Shown in pieces: positions 25,645 to 39,789 of a stretch of 64,000 nucleotides of DNA. The stretch comes from Octopus sinensis (lineage: Eukaryota), in the NCBI RefSeq assembly GCF_006345805.1, contig NC_043015.1, positions 11,222,001-11,286,000 of the forward strand. The letters run 5' to 3'. Every line of letters starts with the position of its first letter. The stretch's first letter is position 1. Made by a program: the position numbers and the translations under genes. The notes below the pieces were generated by a model. It saw only the letters and a list, made by a program, of their open reading frames with translations. It ran no database searches and was not told the origin of the DNA.

Positions 25645-26137
25645 AGAATTAAATTAAATTGTTATAATTGTGAAAAATATAATATAACCATATACATATA
25701 AATATAAAAATATAAAAATGTAAAATATAAAAATATAAAACTTATACATCATAATGCACACTTATATAATATAATACTTATTGGTACAATAAAGGAAGGT
25801 AAACAGAACAAAATAAAACAAAATATATATCGGTGTATATACTAATATTAATATGTACCGATATTATACATATTTGGCAATAGTTTTTTTTAAAAAAAAC
25901 TATTAGCCAAATATGTATAATATCGTACTTATTATATTAGTATATACACCGATATATATTTTGTTTTATTTTGTTCTGTTTACCTTCCTTTATTGTACCA
26001 ATAAGTATTATATTATATAAGTGTAGCATTATGATGTATAAGTTTTTATATTTTTTATATTTTCATTTTTATATTTTATATTTATATGTATATGGTTATA
26101 TTATATTTTTCACAATTATACAAATTTAATTTATTCT

Positions 26138-26239
26138 CTGAAGAGGCCGTGGGGCATCCTTGTTATGCCTCATTTATACCTGCCTTTATGGCTAAGAGGT
26201 TAATGAGGTATGACTGCCCTCACTGCCGAAACAGCTGTC
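26138..26239 (+). ncRNA. Hammerhead-like motif with extended stem II
   Basis: CTGAAGA-GGCCGTGGGGCA...TGCCCTCACTGCC-GAAAC-AGCT-GTC: palindromic tetraloop in stem III and a GUC cleavage triplet. Confidence 0.5.
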
Positions 26240-26589
26240 AGTTTTGATTAATTGCATATTATATTCGAAAATTTTTTACTTATATCTCTTTATCTTTTTA
26301 CTATTACTGTATATCTCATTTTATATAATGCCTTTACTCATATAATGGTGTATTAAAGTATTGATTGGGTATCATCGGATAGTTGATGTTTTATTGATTA
26401 AGTATGTTCTCCATTCTCTAATTTTGTAGTATTAATTTACGGTAATATTATTACCTTTACCCATATAACAATAGATGAACTGATTGTTTGACATTTTTAA
26501 CATCTATGTATTAATCTTGTTGGGTACCTATCTGGCAGTATATTGGATATATATTATCCCATGGTGGGTTGAATTTTCACCCCTATCTC

Positions 26590-26651
<62 letters not shown>

Positions 26652-27149
26652 AATACAGAGGCACATACGTAAAACTGACACTGATAATATACACAGAAAA
26701 CCGTATTTTACAAATTGAGAGCACTACCTGTTAAAGTTGACTGTGTGCGAAAGAGTATGCGTGTATGCATGTATTTGTGTGTATGTGTGCGTGCGCCCGT
26801 GCGTTCGTGTGTGATCGCGCGTGTATTTGTTAGTATAGGTTTTTTGAGTGAGTGCACGTAGTAGTAAATCGGTAAACTTATAGAATATGAATATGATCGT
26901 GGAACGGTGTATTAACACAGAAAGAAAAAGTGAAAGCAGAAAAGCGATCGAACATACGGCTGCAAAAGTGATGACGTTAGGTAAATTGCTTTTTTTGTTC
27001 GTTAATTCAGTTTATAGTTAAAATTAGTATTGAAATGTTAACCAACGGAGACGCTACCGAAAGAAAGCGTTCTTATGTCTACATTCCCAAGTGTGTATGT
27101 GTGTGCGTGTGTGTGTGTGCTTATATGTGTGTGTGCTTATTGTGTGTGT

Positions 27150-27812
27150 GTGTGGCCTCTGTATTCGAGTATCTGTTTCTGCGTGTGTATATGGTATGTG
27201 TGTCTATATGTGTGTATATGAGTATATGTACATGTGTGTGTCTGTATGTTTGTGTCTGCATGTGTGTGTATGTGTGTACGTATTTTTGTGTATGTGTGTA
27301 TGCGTGTGAGTTTAAGTGTGTGTGTGTGTGGCCTTTGTATTCGAGTGTCTGTTTGTGCGTGTGTATATGGTATGTGTGTCTATATGTGTGTATATGAGTA
27401 TATGTACATGTGTGTGTCTGTATGTTTGTGTCTGCATGTGTGTGTATGTGTGTACGTATTTTTGTGTATGTGTGTATGCGTGTGAGTTTGAGTGTGTGTG
27501 TGTGTGGCCTTTGTATTCGAGTGTCTGTTTGTGCGTGTGTATATGGTATGTGTGTCTATATGTGTGTATATGAGTATATGTACATGTGTGTGTCTGTATG
27601 TTTGTGTCTGCATGCGTGTGTATGTGTGTGCATATTTTTGTGTATGTATGTATGCGTGTGAGTTTGAGTGTGTGCTTATATGAGTGTGTGTGTGTGTGGC
27701 CTTTGTATTCGAGTGTCTGTTTGTGCGTGTGTATATGGTATATGTGTCTATATGTGTGTATATGAGTATATGTACATGTGTGTGTCTGTATGTTTGTGTC
27801 TGCATGTGTGTG
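27150..27812. repeat. Minisatellite of ~176-bp units (4 copies) built from degenerate (TG)n
   Basis: The anchor GGCCT(T/C)TGTATTCGAGT recurs at 27154, 27330, 27506 and 27698. Confidence 0.88.
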
Positions 27813-28246
27813 TCTGTATGTGTGTGTATGTGTGTGCGTGTGTTTGTGTATGTATATATCAGTGTATATTAGAGTGTATATGGATACTTCTTCGTGGATA
27901 TTCAAATTTAATATAAGTAACATTCCAATATGTTTTTGTTAAAGCATGACATCTATCAACTCCCTTCGTTACTTTTTCTTGCAGTTGTGTTCTTTCCTCG
28001 TTTTCACACTATAGATAGATGTGAGGAGTACATCAGAATATGGACGATATATATGTGTGTGAGTGTGTGTGTGTGTGTGTGTATGCGGGTATGTGTGCGT
28101 GTGTGTGTGAATATGTGTGTGTGTGAGCGCTCACATGTGCGTGTATGAACGGGAAAGGCGACAGAAACAAAATAAACATGATTTTATTGATAAATGTTAT
28201 CTGCACGTATCTATGCATGTATGATTATACACACACACACACACAC

Positions 28247-28333
<87 letters not shown>

Positions 28334-28789
28334 AATATGTATATATATATATATATACTTACATATATACATACAGATATATAAACATATATATATAGAT
28401 ATATATGTATATATGCGTGCAAATATATATATATATATGTATATGTAAGAGAGAGAGAGGGGGAGAGACAGGGACAGGCACACACACACACACATATATA
28501 TGTATATATATACACACACATACATATGTACGTATGTATGTATGCATGTGTGGATGTATGATTCAAAAGATGCAAAGGCACAAAGACAGGTGGAGGAGAA
28601 TAAACAGGATGTGTTAGTTTAATGTTCAGGAAAGATGGTGGAATGTTATAACGATTCGAGCTAGATTGGTCTACAGAACAGAATGGCGAGAGAAAATACG
28701 TGGAGTGAGAAGGAAAATGTTGAGAAACAATCGTGTCCGAATTAAAGATTACCACATGTTAGAGGGATATGTGTGCTTGCATATGTGTC

Positions 28790-28820
<31 letters not shown>

Positions 28821-28945
28821 TCTTTTCTAGGTTTATTCTTTTATTTGATTCAGACACCTTGCTGCAGCCATGATGGAGCACAGCTTTTTAGTCGAGTTGT
28901 ACCACGACTTATTCATTGTAAGCTTTGTATATATATGTATATATA

Positions 28946-29300
28946 TTATATAAAATCCGTTCTGTCTGTCTGTGTGCGTGTCTTTAGGATCTCGGGCATC
29001 CTCAATCCGATTGCGGAACTCAAATTTGATATGGAGATACCTACAGTATCAGGGCACGTACATGTCTTGAAAAAATTACAAAAATCGATTCCAGGTGAGA
29101 CTGCGATCGATAAAGCCGTGGGAACGTGCATTTTTAAAATCATTTTTCTTTTGCTGGTATCTCACATTTAGGTTGAATCAGTGTTTCTCAAGAGGGAGGC
29201 CTATGGTACGGTCGGACAAGTATTTTTTTCTTTTGAGAAAATTTGGTTTAAATGTTTGACAACTCAGCACCATCCATTGGACGAGGGACGTTTTGCTCGT
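28946..29300 (+). mobile_element. Possible non-autonomous Helitron-like element
   Basis: 5' TATATAAAATCCGTTCTGTCTGTCTGTGTG start and 3' end GCTCGT, one change from the CTAGT Helitron terminus; no TIR or TSD. Confidence 0.35.
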
Positions 29301-29309
29301 ATACATATA

Positions 29310-29375
<66 letters not shown>

Positions 29376-29377
29376 TG

Positions 29378-29409
<32 letters not shown>

Positions 29410-30132
29410 CGTGTGAGTGTGTGTATGTATGTATGTATGTATGAATGTATGTGTGTATGCTCTTTGATTCTTCCAGATATAAGCAAAAACAAACTATGCC
29501 AAATGCACAATGCAAAACTGCACCTTCGATGTAGATAGTGATATTCTAATGTCTATAACTGCAAATATTACGGAATTTTCACTTTGAACTTTAGCATGAA
29601 CTGAAGTTAAAATGGACATGGTACAGAAACGATTGTAAGTTTTAACTGGTCATTAAAGGCGTTTTAGAGACTCTCTTTTTGTTCTTTCTGGGATTATATA
29701 TATATATATTTACATGTATGTATATATGTATGTATAAAGTGATGGTTTTTGCCAACTTAATGTGGAAGTCCCATGAAAGGGAGGAATGCTACTGCTATTT
29801 AGGCCTAGGAAACATCGTTTCCACATGGCCATGATATTTTCTATGTCATTATGTTTTCAAAGGGGAGATAAGCACCTTCACACAAGAAGCTAGCTGGTTG
29901 CTATAACTACACCTTTCTGCGTACTTGCAGTTCACACACGCTCGCACACACGCACATCGGCAACACTCTTCAATTTCTTGAAAATGGGGTCATAACCCCG
30001 AAATACTGAATACAAGTTAAGTCCACTTTAATTCACATATTTGTTTCCTTGTGATTTACTTTGCGTATTTGTGGCCTTACCTACGATCCTTTATGCAATA
30101 TATTCTACTCAATGCTTCATAGTAATAATTCA

Positions 30133-30169
<37 letters not shown>

Positions 30170-31344
30170 CATGTCTGCATCCGTGTATGTGTGTGTATGT
30201 GTGTGTAGTGTGTGTGTGTGTGCAGCTGATGCCGCAATGATTTTACACAGTTCCAGAGAACATGATGTAATTTTCTCTTAAAACTCTAGGAACAAGTCGG
30301 AGCTTGTCTTCGGTTTTGTTTATTCAAAGGGATTTTTCTTAACCCACTATTCACACACTAATCTTTATAGCATTATCTGTTTTAAATTCCATCGTTTCAA
30401 ACAGATTGAGTAATATAGAACTTGATAACAATCCCAAAATTATTACATCAGCTAAAAACAATATCCACGTTTTTGCTTCATTATTGAGACAATTCCCTTT
30501 TTATATTCATCATTCTTCGTGACCGGTTAATCCAAACCAGTGACTTATTCTTTTGTCTTGCTTGTAATATTGCAAATGTAATAATGTAAACATGCCCAAC
30601 GCAATATGGGTGATAGAAAACTAGTGATAGTTTAATTTCTAACGGCAAATGGCTTTTATACATAATTTTGATGAAGCTGATTCGGTAAGAGTGATTTCAT
30701 TCACACTTAAACAGTCACGTGTTGACCAATATAACAATATTCATGCGATCGAATTCCGTTAAAAAAAAAACAGTAATCGTTAATTGATGTAATAAACATA
30801 CTTGCTCACTTCATTTTCTTTTCCTTTATAATCTTAAAAACACAACGGTTTTTTGTGAATTTCCGGTATGTGTTAGATAAAACATACAACATCCGGATTA
30901 CAGTTTGATCTGATATCCTGTACCCGTGGATGAGCTTAATAGGGTAAAATCCAGAGTCAATAGCCGAATGAAATTATTATGTATACACACACACATAGAT
31001 CAAAGCAGTTTGACTGAGACTCCTTGGTACTCTGAGTTTCAAGAGAGTGGCTAGTCTTTGACCATTAGGGTCTGAATCAGAGTTTCATTGCAGCGAGTCA
31101 ATGTTTACTATTGGACGTTAGCCTGTGATTGGTTGAGAAAGGTCACGCGATATAGCAGTTTGATGTTGTTATTTCAGCAACAGCAATCACTTGTTTGTGT
31201 TTGTATATGTATGAAGGCATGTACGAAATGCATGCTAGAAAGTTTGAGACTATTTTAGAAGAAGAAGTCGTAAGTTTCCGAGATCACTGTGATTTTAGTA
31301 TAGTCTTTTCTACTTTAGGCACATAGCCCGAATTTTTGGGGTAG

Positions 31345-31812
31345 GGAACCAGTCAATTAGATCAATCCCAGTAAGCAAATGTTTCTTAATTATCGACCTC
31401 GGCGGAATTTGATCTCAGAACGTAAAGACAGACAAAATACCTATTTCTTTACTACCCACAAGTGGACAAACAAACGGATTAAATCGATTTCATCGACCCC
31501 AGTGCGTAACTGGTACTTAATTTATCGACCCCGAAATGATGAAAGGCAAAGTCGATCTTGGCGGAATTTGAACACAGAACGTAAAGACTAACGAAATACC
31601 TATTTCTTTACTACCCACAAGGGGCTAAACACACATGGGACAAACATGGACAGACAAATGGATTGAGTCGAGTATATTGACCCCAATGCGTAACTGGTAC
31701 TTATTTAATCGACCCCGAAAGGATGAAAGGCAAAGTCGACCTCGGCGGAATTTGAACTCATATCGTAGCAGCAGACGAAATACCGCTAACGTTCGTGCCA
31801 GCTCGCGCCTTG
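31345..31812 (-). mobile_element. SINE family C, three head-to-tail units
   Basis: Repeated GTTCAAATTCCGCCGAGGTCGACTTTGCCTTTCATCCTTTCGGGGTCGAT...AAGTACCAG (read on the minus strand). Confidence 0.8.
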
Positions 31813-33229
31813 TGATTTTGATATATTATTACTATACTTCTAATAAGCTGACATACTGACTTTTGTTATTCCACATTGAATGCAGCAGCAGTATCAAGAC
31901 GTTGAACACAATCTATTCAGCACTGCTTAATAGGTTGTGTTCAACGCCAGAGAAACTTATGAAATGCTTCAGACCACTCATGGATTAACTTGTATGAACT
32001 GAGCATCTGTTTTTCGCTCGAATCAGAGGTTCAATTTCTGAAGAGAGAAGGTGAGAGATGAAGAAAAGCGTGGGAGGAAAAAACTATGCGCAATATTCTG
32101 GTTGAAGACCATCGTGGGTCTAAACAGACAATAAACATTGGTTGGAGTTTGTGTCGAGATGACCACAAGATGCTTATATGTATATAGGTTCAAAAGCACC
32201 AACAAAGTACTGCCGTTTTTTCTTTTGTGTCCAAAGATGTGCATATCTACAGTGAGTCTCTGAATACATGTATTCGTATTTTATTGTCACACTCTGCTTC
32301 CTTCTTATGTGAATTTTTTGTGTATTTCTAACATCTATATTTAAAGATACCTTTAATTTTTATTGCAAATCATGTATAGTTTATGTATGGTATGATTTCA
32401 CCTACTTGCATTTTTGAGCATCATTTTACCTTATATATTTAATTATTTTCGTTAATTCGAAGCGTGATATACTGACAATGTTTTGTTTTTATTGAAAAAA
32501 ACTGCTTATTCCAAAATATATTTACATTCTAATTATTTAATTTTTTTTGTTTTCAAAATTTCATTCCTGAAAACATCATGTCTATATAAGGCAATACCTA
32601 CTTTAGATATAACAGTGAAAGTCTCAGTACAATACGCGCTAACATCTTTAAAAAGAAAAAAATCCTTGTATAACGTGGACTTAGATGTATCAGATTTGAA
32701 TAAAAAACTGATAATATTATCTAATGGGTATGTTTTGACCAGAGACCTGCTGCATTAGGTATTAGCAAAACAACAGCTACATATTGACTGAAGCAAGTGC
32801 TCCACTAAGCGGTCACCGGAGCTTCTAGAAATAGCGGGTCAAACATATTACGAGAAAGTCTTTATAAATACAGAGGTTTAATAAGCAGCTAACATTTTAC
32901 ATTAGAAGTGTTGTAGTGCATGGAATTATTGATGCTGTCATAAATTTATATTTTCTTTGCTCTGATTTCGCATAAAACAAACAAGCTGAAACCTGAAGGA
33001 ACGAGCCATAGAGAAAGACTTGCTGCTAGACAAGCGACCTGCTGTAAACAGCAGCGAAAATCTCCCTCAAATCACACTTTAAGGTATTAGAGTGTGCAGG
33101 TAAAATTCGATAATATACATTTAGATACACGAAACGGTGGATTCTGTCATCACGTCGATGCGTGGGGATACAGCAAGGCACTGTAGTGTCTGCATCTGCC
33201 CCAGATCTGTAGAGAACGACCATTGACTA

Positions 33230-34040
33230 TAGGGTGTCCTAAAAGTGACTGAGAGGTTGCAATCTTTGATAATTCTTTTATTTTTTTACCTTTTTTTACC
33301 TTTTCGGGGATTTTATGGATTTGGTCCTGGAAATTAATTATAGAAAAAATATAGCACCGCACAACAAACCCATGTGGGTCAGTTATTCCAACCCAGAGAG
33401 CCCCAAAGAGAATTGCACTCCATAAAGTGTACATTATGTTGTGCAATTACGGTGGATGTTATAACCGGGCCTTATTTGTTTGAGGACTATGATGGAATGC
33501 TGCTATTGTGACTGGTGGCTGGTAAGCGGTACAGGTTCATAATCCAGAACTTTTTGCACCCCGCCATTGAAAATGGGCTCGATATGTGGTTCCAGCAAGA
33601 TGAGGCAACTGCTCATGCTGCCAGAGAAACCCTACTGTTGTTGAGGCAATATCTTCGAGTGACAGTTGTCTCTCGCTCCTGCGATGTCAACTGACCATCG
33701 CTTTGCCCACACATGACCAGCCCTGAATTGTAGGGTACCTCAAGGGTACCAGCAAACGATAAATCCTGGAACAACTGAAGGAGAATATCACTAGAGAAAT
33801 CTAGGAACTGGACCCTGAAACCCTTACAGCTGTCATTGAACATATTTTGGAAAGGTCACGGATGTGTGAAGCTGAAAAGGTGACCATTTAAACGATGTCT
33901 TTTCCATACGTAATGCAGAGGTATGAGGAAATTTACTATTGTAAATTACCTTCCATTACCTCTTCTATATTGAATTATTTGTAAAAATAAGGGAATTATT
34001 AAAAATTAAAACCCTCCTGTTACTTTTGGGCCACCTTTTA
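33230..34040 (+). mobile_element. IS630-Tc1-mariner element, internally deleted, both TIRs present
   Basis: TA-TAGGGTGTCCTAAAAGTGAC ... GTTACTTTTGGGCCACCTTT-TA; decayed GPYLFED, MWFQQDEATAHAARETL. Confidence 0.75.
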
Positions 34041-34269
34041 TATGCCCAAATCTGAAAATTTCCTTTAACGACCTGCACTTGACACCGTCGCTGCTTTTCA
34101 TATCATCACTGGACTTACTAGAATGGTATGATGGTGTTGGTGCTCAGATACTAAACATCCTATCAAATGTATATTATTTTGAAGGGTATGGTATGTGCAA
34201 AGCTAGCCGCACTCTCTCATCTTCTAAGCTTGTATTGGTTTGATGCAGCATGTACTACAAGCCTAGTGG

Positions 34270-34665
34270 CTTTACGTTGGTTTTTGCATTCTGAGTACAT
34301 ATTTCGTGGAGAACAACTTTACCTTTCATCCTCTCGGGGTCGATAAAATACGTACCAGTTAAGCACTGGTGTCGATCTAATCGACTTAGCCCTTTCCCGA
34401 AACTGCTAGCCTTATGCCAAAATCTGAAACCAATATTACATTTAAAATAAAGCTGGTGAGGTAGCAGGTTCATTAGTGCCTTGGTCAAAAGGCTTAGCGT
34501 CATTTCGTCCGTCCTTACGTTCTGATTTCAAATTCCACCGAGGTCAAACTTTGCCTTTTTATTATTCCGGTATCGATAAAACAGGTTCCACTTGAGCACT
34601 GAATCGATGTAACTGACTTTCCTCCTCCCCCAAAATTGCTAGCCTTGTGCCAATATTTGAAACCA
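34270..34665 (+). mobile_element. Two degenerate SINE family C copies
   Basis: CCTTTCATCCTCTCGGGGTCGATAAAATACGTACCAG and a second, more decayed copy. Confidence 0.65.
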
Positions 34666-36894
34666 AAAGTATATTTACGGTAGCTACCTTGATACGGATT
34701 TACGTTTTGAAGTCTTATTGTTCAGGAATATCTTCAGTTAGTTGTATAAGCTGTAAACTTGCGAAAAAAAAATTGAAAAGTAGGTTGTGATTTATTAGCC
34801 CACTCTCCAGTTTTGTTTACCACCGGAAACCAAAAAATGTTTGATCCGATTGCTCTTCACAAATAGAATTTATTAAAATTCTCACTTACAGCAAAAGCAA
34901 CCAAAAAAAAAAAAATCTATAACAGCTGCTACCACAACAATAGTGGTGATTTAATACGATGATGTTGATGATGATGAATAAACATATAAATAAATAGGTT
35001 CCAATTGGGAATAGAAAATAGGTCGCGAACTTGGCACCCCGGAGCCAAAATAACAAAATATTCAGATAAAATAAAATAGTCAGTAGTTTCTTGTGTCTAT
35101 TATCACTTGTCTTGTTTTCTGAGGTCAATAAAATCGAAAAGTCAGATTGTCTGTTAAGAATCGATTTTTAAATTCCACCTACAAGTGCTTGTAGCATTCT
35201 TTTGAATATGTGCCCTCCCAAATCTGCAATAGACGCATACACAATACAGTGTATGTACAAATACACACACACAAAACGCAACTCAGAGATATTCACATAC
35301 AAACACAGTTACACACGTGTGTGTGTATTTTCAGACACACACATTCACATTGTCAACGATCGCTGATGAGAGAAAGGAAAGAATTTGAAAGCCATCAGTC
35401 ACAATGAGTGCCGATAGCATGACATGATAAATGGTGATTCCTTGAAAGAACCGATTGACCCAGGGCTAAAAAAGATAACAGAGCAGTAGTAATAATCTTT
35501 TGTGTTTTTCGTTGCTTTTTGCTTCTATATTTTTGTGTTTTGTTTGTTTCTTTTGCTTTTTTTCCCCCTTTCATTTGTTATAGTGTAATGTGAACTGTTG
35601 GTAACGGCTAATAGCAGAATTTTCTCAGAAGAAAAAACGTTGGGGAAGGAAAGGAATCATGTATTGGAGTCATTGCGGCCAAACTATAGTTGTAAAATGA
35701 TTGTTGAGGCACGAAGAAATTGTTATTGATGTTCTGTGAATGTGTATAATTGCGTGAATATGGGAATGTGCACGTGAATGTGTAGTTTTGTGTGTGACTG
35801 TGAAGATGTGTATATGTGTATACTGTGTATACATGTATCTACGCACACGTATATATGTATAAATACGCGTCTGAGCGAACGCATATGTATGCACTTTCGT
35901 GTCTACGTGTGTATGAATGTGTAACCCCGCGTGAATGAATGAATGTAAGCGTGACCCCGCGTGATTGTGAGTGCTTGTGCGCATGTGATACGATGAGATA
36001 AAATGCAATGAAAAGGAAATGGAATTATAAGGAAGTTTATTTCATTTTCTTTTCGTTTCTTTTTTTTTCTTTTCAGTACCTAAGAAAGCGTTAATGATAC
36101 AGCAAGGAAGAAAAATGTCTAGAAAAGTTATAACAGAGAGAAAATGATCAATGCACATAACAGGTTGAGTGGGATGGAGCGTGAGCGTAGAAGAGGTGTA
36201 ATAATTGAGGTAAACGAACAAATAGGAACGATTGCAGCCAATCGTAAGTAAACGGAAATATAAAATTATACTAAGTATGAAGAACAAGCGAAAATGAACT
36301 GGTGAGTAAGGGATCTACGGAAGAGCTTAAATAGAACGCAGAAGATACACGAGATTAACACGGAATTGGCCAGAATGTAGAAAATGAAGGGTATTAAAAT
36401 TACAACATGATCAAGTAATTTCTTTTTTTTTCTTTCTTTTTTTTGCTATTGAAAGAGATAAAACTGTCATAGTATAAACGAAGAGTGTTAGAGATATATC
36501 TGTTCGGTGTATCAGCGCGTTTTGTGCATACGCTCAAGTGTGTCGATGATATAAAGCATGGGAAGTCTACCGCAGAATGAAAAAAAAGATTTAATCTGGA
36601 TTCTAGTGGGTGGACTTGAACCTGTCGTCCGGTCGTACATTGGTGAAGATACGTAGTACGCGTGCATATAAACATATGTTTTTCTTGTATCTAATTACAA
36701 TCTAAGATCCATTAATGAATACTCTTTGCTTTTAATACTATCTTTACAAATGGATGAATCATACACATATCTATCTATCTATTTATCTATCGCTTATTCA
36801 TTTCCCCTCCCTTTATACGTACATATATACATACATATGTGTGTGTGTATGTATGGGTGTATATATGTATATATATATTATTATATTGTTTTAT

Positions 36895-37045
36895 TGCTTT
36901 ATTTGTTTTAGTCATTTGACTGCGGCCATACTAGAGCACCGCCTTTAATCGACTCAAGACCTATTTTTTGTAAGGCTAGTACTTATTCTGTCGGTCTCTT
37001 TTGACGAACCGCTATTTTACGCGGATGTAAACAGAATCAACATCG
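36895..37045 (-). mobile_element. SINE family A 3' fragment
   Basis: ttgttttagtcatttgactgcggccatactagagcaccgcc. Confidence 0.7.
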
Positions 37046-37343
37046 ATTATCATGCATAGACACACACACAAATAGATACACACACAAAAATATACACACA
37101 CACACACATATAGCAATTTACAGGGACATGTAAAATGAGGTAAAGATGTGAGTGGGCTAGGTTAGAAATCCCTATCTTAAAAGGTGTGGTTACGAGGGCA
37201 AAAAACACACACTTTGACACGTCTTCTCTCATTCTCTTATCTGTCTATCTTCCTCCGTCTCTCTCTCTTTCCTCCCTTCCTTTCACATCCTCTCTATAAC
37301 GTCTTTTGACAGCGTCTACTATCTTTCCCCCGCCGCTTCGCCA

Positions 37344-37382
<39 letters not shown>

Positions 37383-38329
37383 CTCTCTACGTCTGTCTGC
37401 ATTCATAGAGACAATTATCATCACCACCAGCACCACACAACCATGAGAACAAATATTATGAATCAGATATTTATTGGGTTAATATATATATATGTGTGTG
37501 TGTGTTCTATATATAAATATGTATATATAATGTATATATACAAAGTGTATATATCTGTATTTATATATATATAGGAACTATTAGACCTGACACCGTATAT
37601 TAACCGGTGTTGTTCAAACGATGAATAGCTTCGCGTAAACTATTGGTTCGTTTTGTTCTCTTCTTTTAGTATCATCTTATCATCATCTCATAATAATGAC
37701 CTTTATGACTCGTATTACTACCTCAGTCATTCTAAATGTATATGTTTGTCGCTACCTGTCATAACTAGCCTTTCTATTTGCAATATGCATTTTCGTTGAT
37801 TTTTCAAATTTTCCCCTTAGATTTCCACGTGTATTTTATTTTATTTTCGTAACATATTTCTACTATATATATATATATATTATATTATATATATAGATGT
37901 AAGTATAATTTGTATACATTTGTATATATACGCGTACACACACACAAACATACACATATATATATGTGTATATATGCATATATATATATATACATACATC
38001 ATATATATATAGACATATATATAATATTATAATATATATATATATATTATATATTATTAATATATATAATGTGTGCATTATGTGGTCGGTTGAGCTGAAA
38101 TATGCACACCTATGTTAAAAGTTATGCCGAGTTTGCATGGCAACTGTATTTTTCCTCAAATAAAAGTCGTGATCTCTTACAAAATGTGGACCGAGTAGAC
38201 ACGAATGAAATCGGGTTATATTAACAAAATTGTGAAAAGAGGTCTAAATGGGGCTGGAAGGGGATTAAAATTTACAGGAGCGGGTGTTTAGGAATTCTCT
38301 GTTACATCAAGCTAATAAATTTGTGCCAG

Positions 38330-38387
38330 GTTTTAAATCGTCAATGTGTTGCCGTCCATAATGAAGAAGTTTTGAATGCTTGCCATG
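38330..38387 (+). CDS. Isolated candidate plus-strand exon (VLNRQCVAVHNEEVLNACH)
   Basis: gctaat...tttgtgccag| acceptor, strong ATG|gtgagt donor, one open frame; no partner exons found. Confidence 0.15.
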
Positions 38388-39789
38388 GTGAGTCTACTGT
38401 GGTGAGGAAGAATCACTTCAAAACTTGGTGTTTCGGAATTTTCTTTTACATCAAGTTCAAAATTTTACGCCAACCGTTAAACTGCAACTACGTTGCTGTC
38501 CGTCGTTAAGAAATGCCAGCCATGCTGACTCTACTATCCTCAGATTCTATCCCTTCAAACTTTGGCTTCCAATATTTTTCTATTTTTATTCAGCTCGCAA
38601 GTTCGTCTGTCCCTTTCAAATGTTAGAGTTTTGCTGTCTGCCTTGCAGCAGACCTTTCCGTTATCACTGCCTGATATTTATGATTGATCTTTCAAAATAT
38701 ATTTTTTCTCAACCTACTCAAGATCTTTTGTTGTTTATAAATGGGAGAGATATAGATAGAGAAAGATAGAGAGTAACAGAAAGCGAGGGAGAGTCCGAGA
38801 GAAATGAAGAGTAAGAGAGTGGGAAATTGAGAGAGAAAGGAGAGAGAAACAAAGAGGGAGAATGTGGTGATAAAAAGCAGAAAGGAAGCAAAAGAAAGTA
38901 ACAACCACACTCTTACCCACGCGTAGAGCGGGTCACTTTAAGCTAGTATACATATATATGCGAATATATATATATATATATGTGTGTGAGTTTTCCACAG
39001 GTAGAGTAAAATATCACCACATCCTATTTTTTCACCTCTTCTTAACAAAGCCGTCAAATAAATAATACATGATTAATGTTTATGAGTAAATAAAGAATAA
39101 ACAATTGGAAAAAAATTGTGTAAGTTGTATGATATTAATAATATAACATGGAAATACAGGTTGCCAAACATCATTAGTGCAACTCTAAATAATCTTTTGA
39201 CTTCAACTGGTGCATGTATGATGGATGGATGTATATATGTATGTTTTCATGTACGTATGTATGTCATTATTCGATATTTTTTTGTCAATAAAGAAGGAGC
39301 CATTTTCTACACCCAAGACTCCTTCATTGGGATTTTAACGACATCAAGTATTATTATATGAATGTATTCATGCAGGTTTATAATGTATGTGTGTATTTAT
39401 GTCATTGTTCATTTATTTTCAAGATTTATTGCCCAACAGATCGAAGGCTCCTACACCATAATTTCAACATCAACAGGGTTTTTTCTATGCATACCGTTGT
39501 TCAGTTTATTTTAAGATTTCCTGCCAATAGAGAAAGAACTGATTTCTAACCTAGGTCCAAGTTTCATTCATTGCAATTTCAACAACAGGGTATTGTTGCT
39601 TGTATGTATGTATGTATATATGTATGTATGTATATATATATATATAGATATAGATATATATGTATGTATGTGCAGATTTGTATTCTTTATGTATGTATTC
39701 CCATGCATAGAATTACATATCTAGAATGCTGTTATATATATTTAAATGATAAACTTCTGGAAAGTTTTACAGATTTTTACAGCTACATA

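Larger units (their letters stand above)
25349..26428. repeat. 1.08-kb spacer-less DNA palindrome (centre T8|A8 at 25891/25892), probably an inverted Penelope-like 3' end/pLTR
   Basis: The two arms are reverse complements apart from scattered 1-nt indels; flanks are unrelated; each arm carries a hammerhead-like motif. Confidence 0.85.
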
